Source: Myxococcota bacterium
Lineage (GTDB): Bacteria > Myxococcota_A > UBA9160 > SZUA-336
Length of the DNA stretch: 64,000 nt
Reading direction: 5' to 3'
Assembly (NCBI GenBank): GCA_965247115.1
Contig: CBDFGR010000003.1
Coordinates: forward strand, 1,344,001-1,408,000
The notes beneath the pieces are model-generated. The model saw only the letters and a program-made list of their open reading frames with translations, was not told the DNA's origin and searched no databases. Positions within the stretch are counted from its first letter, which is position 1. The number at the start of each line of letters is the position of its first letter. This document shows, piece after piece, positions 27,944 to 36,971 of this stretch. Made by a program: the position numbers and the translations under genes.

Positions 27944-29438
27944 CCCTTCTCCCTTCGAGCCTCGTGGCGACTACATCGACGGACACTTCTCGCTACCCGA
28001 GCACAGCTCTGGAGAGATCGCACTGGAGGAGCCGGGAGATCTGACCGCGCTGACCGGCGCGTTTCCGTTCTCGTGGGACGCCGTCGACGCCGCGGTGGGG
28101 GCCGCGCGGCGCGCCTACCCCCGTTGGCGGGACACGGATCCAGCCGAACGTGCCATCTGCTTGAGACGCTTTGCGGAGATCATCGAGGCGGATCGGGAGC
28201 ACCTGGCCGAGCTGATCGCGCGCGAAGTGGGGAAACCGCTCTGGGAGGCGAGCACAGAGGTCTCGGCCATGGTCGGCAAGGTCGCGATCACCCTGGGCCA
28301 GGGGTTGGATCTCGTCCAGGAGCGCAGCTTCCCGGCGGCGGGCGGGCGCGTTGCGCGCTGGAGCTGGCACTCGCGAGGTGTGCTGGCCGTGCTGGGCCCG
28401 TTCAACTTCCCGGGACACCTGTCCCACGGTCACATCGTCCCCGCTCTGGCTACCGGAAACTGTGTCGTGCTGAAGCCCTCGGAGCAGGCGCCGGCCATCG
28501 CACAGCGCTACGCAGAGCTCGCGGATCGTGCGGGCTTCCCCCCGGGCGTACTCAACGTGGTGCAGGGCGACGGAGAGCAGGGCGCCCGTCTCTCCGCGCA
28601 TACCGGGGTCAACGGGGTGCTCTTCACCGGCTCTTACGCGGTCGGCCGCCGCATCCTCGAGGCGACACTCGGTCAGCCGCACAAGCTGGTAGCGCTCGAG
28701 ATGGGCGGGAAGAACGGCGTGCTCGTCTGCGATGACGCCGACCTGGACGTGGCGGCGGCTAACATCGCTTTCGCGACCTGCGTCACCGCCGGCCAGCGCT
28801 GCAGCATGACGAGTCGGGTGATCGCCCTGCGAGAGGTGGCGGACGAGCTCGCCGAGCGCCTGGTCACACTCTTCGAACAGATCGCGATCGGCTACCCCCT
28901 GGACCCCGGCGTGTTCATGGGACCGCTGATCTCGACACAAGCGCGGGCCCGCCACGACGCCGTCATCGAGTGGGCGCGCGAAGAGGGCGCAGAGCTCCTG
29001 GTCGCGGGAGGACCGTGCGAGGGTCCGCGCCGCGGGCACTACGTTCGGCCGACCCTGCACCGGGTGCCGGCGCTGTCAAAGGGTCTCTATCAGACCGAGG
29101 AGCACTTCGTGCCCGACGCGGCCCTGCTCGAGGTGGACTCCCTGGAGGAGGGGATTACCGCACTCGGAGCCGGCGACTACGGCCTGGCGAACAGCGTGTT
29201 CAGCGCCAGTCGCGCGAGCTTCGAGCGCGTGCTTCGCGAGTCGCGCGTGGGAGTGCTGAACTGGAACACCGCCACCGTCGGTGCCTCTTCGGAGCTGCCC
29301 TTTGGGGGCGTGGGGAAGAGCGGGAACGATCGACCCGCAGGGGTCCTCTCCACGCAGTACTGCAGCTACCCTGTCGCGAGTCTGGAGATCGCCCAGCCAG
29401 GCCCCCCTGCGGCCTACCCCGGCTTTCCAGTGAAGTGA
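27936..29438 (+). CDS. astD: Succinylglutamate-semialdehyde dehydrogenase-like ALDH
   Basis: GKPLWEASTEV.AM.GKV, GPFNFPGHL.HGH..PAL, LEMGGKN, AGQRC, LPFGGVGKSGN.RP. Confidence 0.85.
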   Translation: MADPSPFEPRGDYIDGHFSLPEHSSGEIALEEPGDLTALTGAFPFSWDAVDAAVGAARRAYPRWRDTDPAERAICLRRFAEIIEADREHLAELIAREVGKPLWEASTEVSAMVGKVAITLGQGLDLVQERSFPAAGGRVARWSWHSRGVLAVLGPFNFPGHLSHGHIVPALATGNCVVLKPSEQAPAIAQRYAELADRAGFPPGVLNVVQGDGEQGARLSAHTGVNGVLFTGSYAVGRRILEATLGQPHKLVALEMGGKNGVLVCDDADLDVAAANIAFATCVTAGQRCSMTSRVIALREVADELAERLVTLFEQIAIGYPLDPGVFMGPLISTQARARHDAVIEWAREEGAELLVAGGPCEGPRRGHYVRPTLHRVPALSKGLYQTEEHFVPDAALLEVDSLEEGITALGAGDYGLANSVFSASRASFERVLRESRVGVLNWNTATVGASSELPFGGVGKSGNDRPAGVLSTQYCSYPVASLEIAQPGPPAAYPGFPVK

Positions 29439-30337
29439 CGCATACCATCCTGATGGGCGACCCGACCCACTTCTCCGTCGTGGGTGGCGCCAATCCACAC
29501 ACACGCGACCGCTACGGCCGCAAGAAAAAAGTCGACCGTGAGCTTGCAAAGCACCAGTGGGCACGCTTGCGCGAGCAGCTGCTGGAGCTAGGGCTGCACG
29601 TCCTTGTCATTCCCCCCGACCCCGCGCACCCCGGCCTGGTGTACCCCGCGAACGCGGGCTTCCGCAGCGGGGACGAGTTCATCCTCTCGAACCTCACCCC
29701 GACCCGCTCGGGGGAGCAGCCCGCCTACCGGCGGGCGATCGAGGGATCGGGCCTGCGCTGTCATACGATCCAGAGCCGCTTCGAAGGTGAAGCAGACCTG
29801 TTTCCAGCGGGTGACAGGTACATCTTCACCTTCGGCGGCATCGTGCGTCAGCGTTTCGTACCGAGGCTGGGCTGGCCGCCTTGGCGTCGCATCTACGGCT
29901 TTCGCAGCGAGCCCGAGAGCCTGGCCGAAATCGAGGCGATCCACCCGCTCGACCGCGACGTACTTCGGATCCGTCTGATCGATGAGCGCTACTACCACGG
30001 CGACACGTGCCTGTGCTCGTTCGGGCCAACGCGCGAGTTCCTGCTCGCCTACTCTCCCGCAATCGAGCCCGCGTCGCTCGGGATACTGCGCGCGGTGCTC
30101 GGCGACCAGCTGCTCGAGATCGGCGACGAAGACGCCGCGATCTACGCCGCGAACTCGTTCGCGTTCACCCGCCAAGGAACGCCTTTCCTCGTGATGCCAG
30201 AGGGAATCACGAGCTCACTTCAGCACGCGGTGACCGACCGTGGAGTCGAGATCCTCTCGGCCGACGTCTCCGAGTTCCACAAGAAGGGCGGCGGCTCCGT
30301 CAAGTGCATGATCGGAGACCTGGGGGAAGCCCCCTAG
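29435..30337 (+). CDS. Pentein-superfamily guanidino-modifying enzyme (arginine dihydrolase/DDAH-like)
   Basis: VYPANAG, FEGEAD, RYYHGDTC, SEFHKKGGGSVKC; GTGA overlap with the astD stop. Confidence 0.85.
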   Translation: MTHTILMGDPTHFSVVGGANPHTRDRYGRKKKVDRELAKHQWARLREQLLELGLHVLVIPPDPAHPGLVYPANAGFRSGDEFILSNLTPTRSGEQPAYRRAIEGSGLRCHTIQSRFEGEADLFPAGDRYIFTFGGIVRQRFVPRLGWPPWRRIYGFRSEPESLAEIEAIHPLDRDVLRIRLIDERYYHGDTCLCSFGPTREFLLAYSPAIEPASLGILRAVLGDQLLEIGDEDAAIYAANSFAFTRQGTPFLVMPEGITSSLQHAVTDRGVEILSADVSEFHKKGGGSVKCMIGDLGEAP

Positions 30338-30453
30338 ATCCGGATGCTTCCCCTTGATCATCGCGCGCGAACGATCCGCGGGCGTGCCCAGGGTTCAGAA
30401 TGGATCCACGGCCTGGACCCCACGATCGGCGTTGCGCTGGCCCATGTATCCGA

Positions 30454-30585
30454 CTAGCGACTCGAACGCGACGACGACCCCTTGCTGCGCGCGGGCTGAG
30501 GCAACCCCGACGCCCCGAGGTCGCTCAGCGCGGCGCGGACCTCCTCGAACTTGAACGGCTTGATGATCGTCTGGATGAGTTTCAT
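30454..30585 (-). pseudogene. glnK: Truncated P-II nitrogen regulator
   Basis: MKLIQTIIKPFKFEEVRAALSDLGASG, then unrelated sequence and a stop at codon 44; AGGAGG RBS directly after amtB. Confidence 0.8.
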
Positions 30586-30596
30586 CGCCCGACCTC

Positions 30597-31835
30597 CTAG
30601 ATGTCGTAGCCCGCTTCGGCGTGCAGGGTCGTGTCGAGCCCGGTCATCTCTTCGTCGTCGCTGACGCGCAGGCCGATCGTGGCGTCGATGCCCTTGAAGA
30701 TGACCCACGACACCGCCGCCGTGTAGACGACCGCGATCACAGCCGCGGTGAGCTGCGTGAGCATCTGGCTGCCGATCGCGAGGTCGCCCTGGTTGCCGCC
30801 GAAGTAGCTCGCGGCGAAGAGCCCCGCCAGCACGGTGCCGACGAACCCACCGACGCCGTGCACGCCGAACACGTCCAGGGAGTCGTCGTAACCCACGACG
30901 CGCTTGACCACGATCGAGGCCCACCAGCAGATCGAGCCCGAGGCCAGCCCGATCGCGAGCCCCCCGAAGGGACCGATGAAGCCCGAAGCGGGAGTGACCG
31001 CCGCGAGCCCCGCGATCGCCCCGGTGGCCAGGCCGAGAACGCTGGGCTTGCCGTTCTTGATCCACTCGATGCCCATCCAGGTGAGCGCCGCGGTCGAGGC
31101 GGAGATCTGCGTGACGACGATGGCCATGGCGGCGTCGCCGTTCGCGGCGAGCGCGCTGCCGCCGTTGAAGCCGTACCAGCCGACCCACAGCATCGCCGCG
31201 CCGGTCGCCGTCATGGTCATGTTGTGCGGCGGCATCGGCGAGTTCGGGTAGCCCGAGCGCGGACCGATGACGATACACGCGACCAGGGCGGCCACTCCCG
31301 CCGTGATGTGCACGACGATGCCGCCCGCGAAGTCGAAGACACCCATGTCGGCGAAGAAACCACCGTCCCCGCCCCAGGTCATGTGGCAGATGGGCGCGTA
31401 GACCAAGAGGAGCCACAGCGCGGAGAACCAGAGCATGGCCGAGAACTTCATCCGCTCCGCGAACGCACCAACGATCAGGGCGGGAGTGATGATCGCGAAG
31501 GTCATCTGGAAGACAAAGAAGAGGATCTCAGGGATCGTGCCTGAGAGCACGCCTGCGTCGATGCCCCGCACGAAGAACTTGCCCAGGCCGCCCACGAAGG
31601 AGTGCAGGTTCGTCACCCCGGCAGACATGCCGGTCGAATCGAAGGCCAGGCTGTAGCCGGCGATGGTCCACAAGACGGTGATCATCCCCGTGAGCGCCAG
31701 GCACTGCATGAGCACCGAGAGCACGTTCTTGACGCGGACGAGGCCGCCGTAGAACAGCGCGAGTCCCGGAATCGTCATGAAGAGGACGAGCGCTGTAGCC
31801 ACAAGGATCCAGGCCGTGTCGCCGCTGTTGAGCAT
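30597..31835 (-). CDS. amtB: Ammonium transporter
   Basis: SGDTAW, PGLALFYGG, FQMTFAIIT, DFAGGIVVH, GFNGGS, DDSLDVFGVHG. Confidence 0.97.
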   Translation of the reverse strand: MLNSGDTAWILVATALVLFMTIPGLALFYGGLVRVKNVLSVLMQCLALTGMITVLWTIAGYSLAFDSTGMSAGVTNLHSFVGGLGKFFVRGIDAGVLSGTIPEILFFVFQMTFAIITPALIVGAFAERMKFSAMLWFSALWLLLVYAPICHMTWGGDGGFFADMGVFDFAGGIVVHITAGVAALVACIVIGPRSGYPNSPMPPHNMTMTATGAAMLWVGWYGFNGGSALAANGDAAMAIVVTQISASTAALTWMGIEWIKNGKPSVLGLATGAIAGLAAVTPASGFIGPFGGLAIGLASGSICWWASIVVKRVVGYDDSLDVFGVHGVGGFVGTVLAGLFAASYFGGNQGDLAIGSQMLTQLTAAVIAVVYTAAVSWVIFKGIDATIGLRVSDDEEMTGLDTTLHAEAGYDI

Positions 31836-32048
31836 AGGGTCCCTTCTGCGTGTCGCGCGGGGATAGTCCGCAACGGGCCTTATACCCCGAAGCCTGCACG
31901 CCCGGCTATTACAACAACGAGGGCAAGGTGGGCGAGCGCGTGGCCTGACCAGCGAAATCTGTACGCCGGGAGCCAACGCGTTGAATGCGCTTCTCGTTGA
32001 GTGGCGCGAGAAGGGCGAACTGGCGATCCGTTTCCTGCTAGCAATGTG

Positions 32049-32062
32049 AGAGTAATTACTCT
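32049..32062. promoter_or_regulatory. Perfect 14-bp palindrome, probable operator
   Basis: AGAGTAATTACTCT in an AT-rich patch 12 nt upstream of the MerR start. Confidence 0.5.
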
Positions 32063-32074
32063 AGTAATAAACAC

Positions 32075-32842
32075 ATGAAGTATCGGGTCGAGGAGCTGGC
32101 GCTCGCGGCGGGCGTCAGCGTGGACACGATCCGCTTCTACCAGTCGAGACAGCTACTTCCGGCCCCCCGCCGAGATGGCCGAATCGCCTACTACAGCGCC
32201 GAGCACCTGGAACGGATCCAGCAGATCCGCTCGTTGAACCGTCAGGGACTCACGCTCGACGGCGTTCGGCGAGTACTGACCGATCCGGAAACGGATGGGG
32301 GCGGGGGCGAGGTTCGCGCCTCGCTGCTCGGTGCGCTGGCGGAGGCGGAAGGCGAGCGCACCTACGATCGGGCGGAGCTGGCCGCCGCGTCTGCCGTGCC
32401 CGAGATGCTGATCGCGCAGGCCGAGCAGGCCGGGCTGCTCCAGCCACTGCTGGTAGACGGCCGCGAGCGTTACACCGAATCCGACCGGCGCGCGGCGGAA
32501 GCTGCACGCGGGCTGCTCGAGGCGGGACTGCCGCTGGTGGAGCTCGTGGCGCTAGCCCAGAGCCACGCCGCCCACGTGGAGCAGGTGGTCGATCGAGCCG
32601 TCGAGCTCTTCTACAGCTACGTGCGCCAGCTCGGACCCGACGGCGCGCGGCGCCCCACGGAAGAGGTCACGGAGGCCTTCCGCGAGCTGCTGCCGGCCGC
32701 CACCACCCTGGTCGCCCTGCACTTTCAGCGCACGCTGATCCAGCGTTCGCGGCGTCGTCTCGCCGAATCCGGCGATAACCCCGAGCTCGAGGCTGCGATC
32801 GCGGCGAGCGAGTCGTCGCGCCTCAAGATGACGTGGGGATGA
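32075..32842 (+). CDS. MerR-family regulator with a second HTH-like segment
   Basis: YRVEELA..AGVSVDTIRFYQSRQLL...IAYYS; ATGA overlap with menF. Confidence 0.9.
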   Translation: MKYRVEELALAAGVSVDTIRFYQSRQLLPAPRRDGRIAYYSAEHLERIQQIRSLNRQGLTLDGVRRVLTDPETDGGGGEVRASLLGALAEAEGERTYDRAELAAASAVPEMLIAQAEQAGLLQPLLVDGRERYTESDRRAAEAARGLLEAGLPLVELVALAQSHAAHVEQVVDRAVELFYSYVRQLGPDGARRPTEEVTEAFRELLPAATTLVALHFQRTLIQRSRRRLAESGDNPELEAAIAASESSRLKMTWG

Positions 32843-34257
32843 GCGCGCCGACTGATGACCCTGGGCCGGGCGCCGCGCGAAGGGGCGGCGTGATGGACGA
32901 CCCGCTCCGCCGCGCCCTGCGCCGCGCTCGCGAGCTGTCGCGGCCAGTGCTGGCTGCCGACTCGCTACCTGTCCGCGGAATTCCCGTGGCGCTCGAGCTC
33001 TTCGCCTCCGCGGAGGCGCGGGGGGAGCGGCGCTTCTTCTCGGGTCACCCCGACGAGGAGCACGAGCTGCTCGGTCTGGGCTGCGCCTGGGAGCTCGCTC
33101 CGGGCAGCGACGGGCACTTCTCCGACATCCGCGAGCGTGCGCGCGAGGCCTTCGCTCACTGCGTTTCGCGCGGGCCCGTCCGGCCGTGCGCGGTCGGGGG
33201 CTTCGCATTCGAGCCGCGCGCCGTGCGCGATCCGGGCTGGCGCGAGTTCGGCAATGCGCGCTTTGCGATCCCCGAAGTCGCCCTCGAGCGCTCGGGCGAG
33301 CAAGTCACCCTGACCCGCGCGGCCGTCGCTCGACCGGACGATGACGAAGATGCGTTACTCGTGCGCCAGCACGCCCGCTGGAAGACCCTGCTCACCGAGT
33401 CGGCCGAGCCGGCTCGCGCGCCGGCGCCCGCGACGCTGCAGCCGGGGGAGCCTCCCGCGTCCAGTCCACGCTATCGCGACGCGGCCGCGAAGATCGTGGC
33501 GGCGATTCGCCGAGGCGAGCTGCAGAAGGTGGTGCTCGCCCAGTGCGAGCGACGTCGGAGAGCACCGAGCGATGCCACGCGCGTACTGCGAGCCCTGCTC
33601 GAGCGGAATCCGAGCTGCCGCACCTTCGCGCAAGGCATTCACGGCCGCACGTTCCTCGGGGCCAGCCCCGAACGCATCGTGCGCTGCGACGGCGGCGAGC
33701 TCGTCACCGACGCCCTGGCTGGGACCGTGGCCAACAGCGACGACGCCGAGGTGCGCTCGAATCTCGGGAGCTCGCTGCGCAGCTCGCAGAAGAATCAGGA
33801 GGAGCACGAGTTCGTCGTGCGCGCGATCGAGCGCTCCCTGGCTCCGATCTGCAGCGACCTCCAGGTTCCGATGGCGCCCGAGCTCGTCAGCGCGGGCGTC
33901 ATTCAACACCTGCGCACACGCGTGTGCGGCAGGCTGAACGAGGGGACGCACGTGCTCGACGTACTCGCGCGGCTCCATCCGACTCCTGCCGTCGCCGGCA
34001 CGCCGACGAATCGCGCGCTCGCGACGATTCGCGCATACGAAGACTTCGACCGCGGCTGGTACGCGGGCGCGGTCGGCAGCTTCGACGCGCGGGGAGATGG
34101 CGAGTTCTTCGTCGCGCTGCGCTGCGGGCTGCTCGACCGCGAGGAGACGTGGCTGTTTGCAGGCTCAGGGCTCGTCGCGGACTCCGACCCCCTCGCCGAA
34201 GCCAACGAGACCGCACTCAAGTACCGACCGCTCTGGGAAGCATTGCGAGCGAGATGA
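32839..34257 (+). CDS. menF: Isochorismate synthase
   Basis: KVVLA, FLGASPE, ALAGT, KNQEEH, LHPTPAVAG, DRGWYAG, FAGSG. Confidence 0.9.
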   Translation: MSAPTDDPGPGAARRGGVMDDPLRRALRRARELSRPVLAADSLPVRGIPVALELFASAEARGERRFFSGHPDEEHELLGLGCAWELAPGSDGHFSDIRERAREAFAHCVSRGPVRPCAVGGFAFEPRAVRDPGWREFGNARFAIPEVALERSGEQVTLTRAAVARPDDDEDALLVRQHARWKTLLTESAEPARAPAPATLQPGEPPASSPRYRDAAAKIVAAIRRGELQKVVLAQCERRRRAPSDATRVLRALLERNPSCRTFAQGIHGRTFLGASPERIVRCDGGELVTDALAGTVANSDDAEVRSNLGSSLRSSQKNQEEHEFVVRAIERSLAPICSDLQVPMAPELVSAGVIQHLRTRVCGRLNEGTHVLDVLARLHPTPAVAGTPTNRALATIRAYEDFDRGWYAGAVGSFDARGDGEFFVALRCGLLDREETWLFAGSGLVADSDPLAEANETALKYRPLWEALRAR

Positions 34258-36044
34258 CGGCGCCGAATCTTTCGATGGCCTGGGCCGGGGCACTCATGCA
34301 TGAGCTCGCCGCCGCGGGCGTGCACCACGTCGTGGTCTCTCCAGGCTCCCGGTCGGCGCCACTGGCGCTGGCCGCCGCGTCCTGCGCCATCCTCCGGGAT
34401 CACTCCGTGCTCGACGAGCGCTCCGCCGCCTTTTTCGCGCTCGGGCTCGCGAAGACGCTTCGCGAGCCCGTCGCGCTCGTCTGTACCTCTGGCACGGCGG
34501 CGGCCAATTACCTCCCCGCAGCCGTGGAGGCGCACTACGCGCGAGCATCCCTGCTCTTGCTGACTGCGGATCGGCCGCCGGAGCGGAGGGACTGCGGCGC
34601 CCCACAGACGATCGAACAGCCGGGACTGTACGGCCGCTACGTTCGCTACGCGGTAGACGTTCCATCGCCAGAGCTCTCGGACGTTGCGTTCCGCACTCTG
34701 CGCGCGCTCGTCTGCCGGGCACTGGCTGCGTCGCAGGGCCTGCAACCTGGCCCGGTCCACCTGAATCTTCCGTTCCGCGAGCCGCTCGACCCCACGACGG
34801 TGCCGGACGAGATGCACGCGCTCGAGAAGCTACCGGCGCTAGCGCGCGAAGGCCGCAGCTCGGATCCGTTCATTCATGTGTCTCGCAGCCCGGAGATCGT
34901 GCCGGCCGCGGCGCAGGTCGACGCGCTGGCAGAGTGGCTCGGCGGCGAGGAGCGGGGCTGGATCGTCGTGGGCCCGCTCGACGCGGACGACGCGCTGGCC
35001 GCCGCGCTAGTACGGCTCACAGATGCGGTCGGCTGGCCCGTGTTCGTCGACGCGCTGTCCGGGCTGCGCGCGGGTACGCACGCGCCGGCGCTGGCGGTCG
35101 ACGCATACGACGCCGTGCTGCGGGCGAAGCCGCTTCTCGACCCCAGACCGCCTCGCCGGGTGCTCCGCTTGGGCGCACTCCCTACCTCGAAGCCTCTATG
35201 GGAGCAGCTCGAGGCGCATCCGGAGATCGACCTGCGCGTCGTCGATCCGGTGAGCTGGTCCGAGCCCAGTGCGTTCGCACGCGAGCTGCTGCGCGTGGAT
35301 CCGAGGCTGCTCGCCGAAGCACTGCTACCGCGCCTGCGGCCGCGCGCCCCGAGCGCCTTTGGCAAACGCTGGATCGAGGCCGGACGCCGAGCGCGGCGCG
35401 CCATCGACGCGCGGCTCGACGCCGAGCACCGACTGACCGAGCCGGCTGCCTCCGCCGACCTCGCCCGGGCCCTGCCGCCGGGCGGTACGCTTTTCGTGGC
35501 CAGCAGCATGCCGGTGCGAGACGTGGATCTGTTCTGGCCGCAGTCCGGGCCGCCGGTCCGGATCCTGGCGAACCGGGGGGCGAACGGCATCGACGGAACG
35601 CTCTCCTCTGCCCTCGGTGTCTCACAGGCGACGGCGGGCCCGTTCGCGGCGCTCGTCGGCGACCTGGCGCTGCTCCACGACCTGGGTGGGCTGGTGACCG
35701 CGCGCGCGACCGGTGCCCGCGGCGCGATCGTCGTCGTCGACAACCAGGGTGGCGGAATCTTCGAGCTGCTGCCGGCCGCGTCCAGCGTCCCGCGCGAGCT
35801 CTTCGAGCGACATCTCGGGACCCCGCAGTCGGTCGATCTGCGTGGGGCGGTCGAGGGCCTCGGCTTCGAGTGGCGCGACCCCGACTCGCGCGACGAGTTC
35901 GTCGAGGTGTGTCGCGCGGCCGTGCGCGGCTCCGAGCTGTGCTTTGTGCGCCTGCGCACCGACCGGCGCGAGAACGCCCGGCTGCACCACGAGCTCCATG
36001 CGGCCGCGGCGGCCGCGCTGGCGGACGGGTCCGACGATGCTTGA
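34254..36044 (+). CDS. menD: SEPHCHC synthase
   Basis: SPGSRSAPL, DERSAAF, CTSGTA, TADRP, SSMPVRD, NRGANGIDG, GDLALLHD, NQGGGIF. Confidence 0.96.
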   Translation: MTAPNLSMAWAGALMHELAAAGVHHVVVSPGSRSAPLALAAASCAILRDHSVLDERSAAFFALGLAKTLREPVALVCTSGTAAANYLPAAVEAHYARASLLLLTADRPPERRDCGAPQTIEQPGLYGRYVRYAVDVPSPELSDVAFRTLRALVCRALAASQGLQPGPVHLNLPFREPLDPTTVPDEMHALEKLPALAREGRSSDPFIHVSRSPEIVPAAAQVDALAEWLGGEERGWIVVGPLDADDALAAALVRLTDAVGWPVFVDALSGLRAGTHAPALAVDAYDAVLRAKPLLDPRPPRRVLRLGALPTSKPLWEQLEAHPEIDLRVVDPVSWSEPSAFARELLRVDPRLLAEALLPRLRPRAPSAFGKRWIEAGRRARRAIDARLDAEHRLTEPAASADLARALPPGGTLFVASSMPVRDVDLFWPQSGPPVRILANRGANGIDGTLSSALGVSQATAGPFAALVGDLALLHDLGGLVTARATGARGAIVVVDNQGGGIFELLPAASSVPRELFERHLGTPQSVDLRGAVEGLGFEWRDPDSRDEFVEVCRAAVRGSELCFVRLRTDRRENARLHHELHAAAAAALADGSDDA

Positions 36045-36873
36045 CGTGCAGACTCCCGATGGCGGGGGCCTGTACGTGCGCGAGAGGGGAAAGGGCATGC
36101 CCCTCCTGCTCGTGCATGGCTTCACCGGCTCGAGCGAGGCGTGGGGCGAGAAGCTACTGGACGAGCTCGCCAGCGAGTTCCGGTTGCTGGCTGTCGACCT
36201 GATCGGCCACGGTTGCAGCAACCGCCCGCATGAGCCGAAGCGCTACGGGCTCGCGAGCCAGGTGCGAGACCTCTGCGCGGTGCTCGACAGCAGGAACGTC
36301 AAGCGCGCGGTCTGCCTGGGCTACTCGATGGGCGGACGCATCGCGCTGGGCGCGGCGCTGCTCTGTCCCCAGCGCATCCGCGGACTGGTGCTGGAGAGCG
36401 CTTCCCCCGGGCTCGACTCCGGCGACGAGCGCCGTGCGCGTATCGAGCAAGACGAGAAGCTGGCCCGTCGCCTCGAAGACGACGGGCTCGAGGCCTTCGT
36501 GGCCCACTGGATGGGTCTTCCACTCTTCGCCACGCAGGCGAAGCTCGGACCAGCGGCGCACGAGCGCGAGCGCGAGCGCCGCCTGCGGAACGACCCGGCC
36601 GCGCTGGCGGCGTCGCTCCGCGGCATGGGCACCGGCGTGCAGCCCTCCTTCTGGACGCGACTCCACGAGGTACGCGTGCCGACACTCGTACTGGCCGGCA
36701 GCGAGGACGAGAAGTTCTGCGCGCTGGCGCGCCGCATGGCCGCGAGACTTCCGCAGGCGCAGCTCGAGCTGATCCGCGGGGCGGGACATACGCCGCACCT
36801 CGAGCAGCCCGAGACCTATCTCCGTCACGTGCGCGACTTCTGCCGCCGCCTCGCCGCGGAAGCCCCCCGGTGA
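36037..36873 (+). CDS. menH: SHCHC synthase
   Basis: HGFTGS, GYSMGGR, LESASPG, W..LPLF.TQ; follows menD. Confidence 0.9.
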   Translation: MLDVQTPDGGGLYVRERGKGMPLLLVHGFTGSSEAWGEKLLDELASEFRLLAVDLIGHGCSNRPHEPKRYGLASQVRDLCAVLDSRNVKRAVCLGYSMGGRIALGAALLCPQRIRGLVLESASPGLDSGDERRARIEQDEKLARRLEDDGLEAFVAHWMGLPLFATQAKLGPAAHERERERRLRNDPAALAASLRGMGTGVQPSFWTRLHEVRVPTLVLAGSEDEKFCALARRMAARLPQAQLELIRGAGHTPHLEQPETYLRHVRDFCRRLAAEAPR

Positions 36874-36971
36874 AGATCGAACGGAAGACGGATCGGCGCT
36901 TCGAGGACATCCGCTACGAGAACTCCGACGACAGCATCGCGCTGCTGCTGGCGGGGGTTCCGTCACTTTGA
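36870..36971 (+). pseudogene. menB: menB 5' stub fused to a short hydrophobic tail (probable menA 3' end)
   Basis: MKIERKTDRRFEDIRYENSDDSIA|LLLAGVPSL*; FEDIRYE..D.IA resembles the MenB N-terminus; overlaps the menH stop (GTGA) and the menC start (TTGA). Confidence 0.7.

Noticed and set aside
31836..32048. sigma54/NtrC promoter for amtB
   Set aside because: No properly spaced TGGC-N-TTGC motif found by eye
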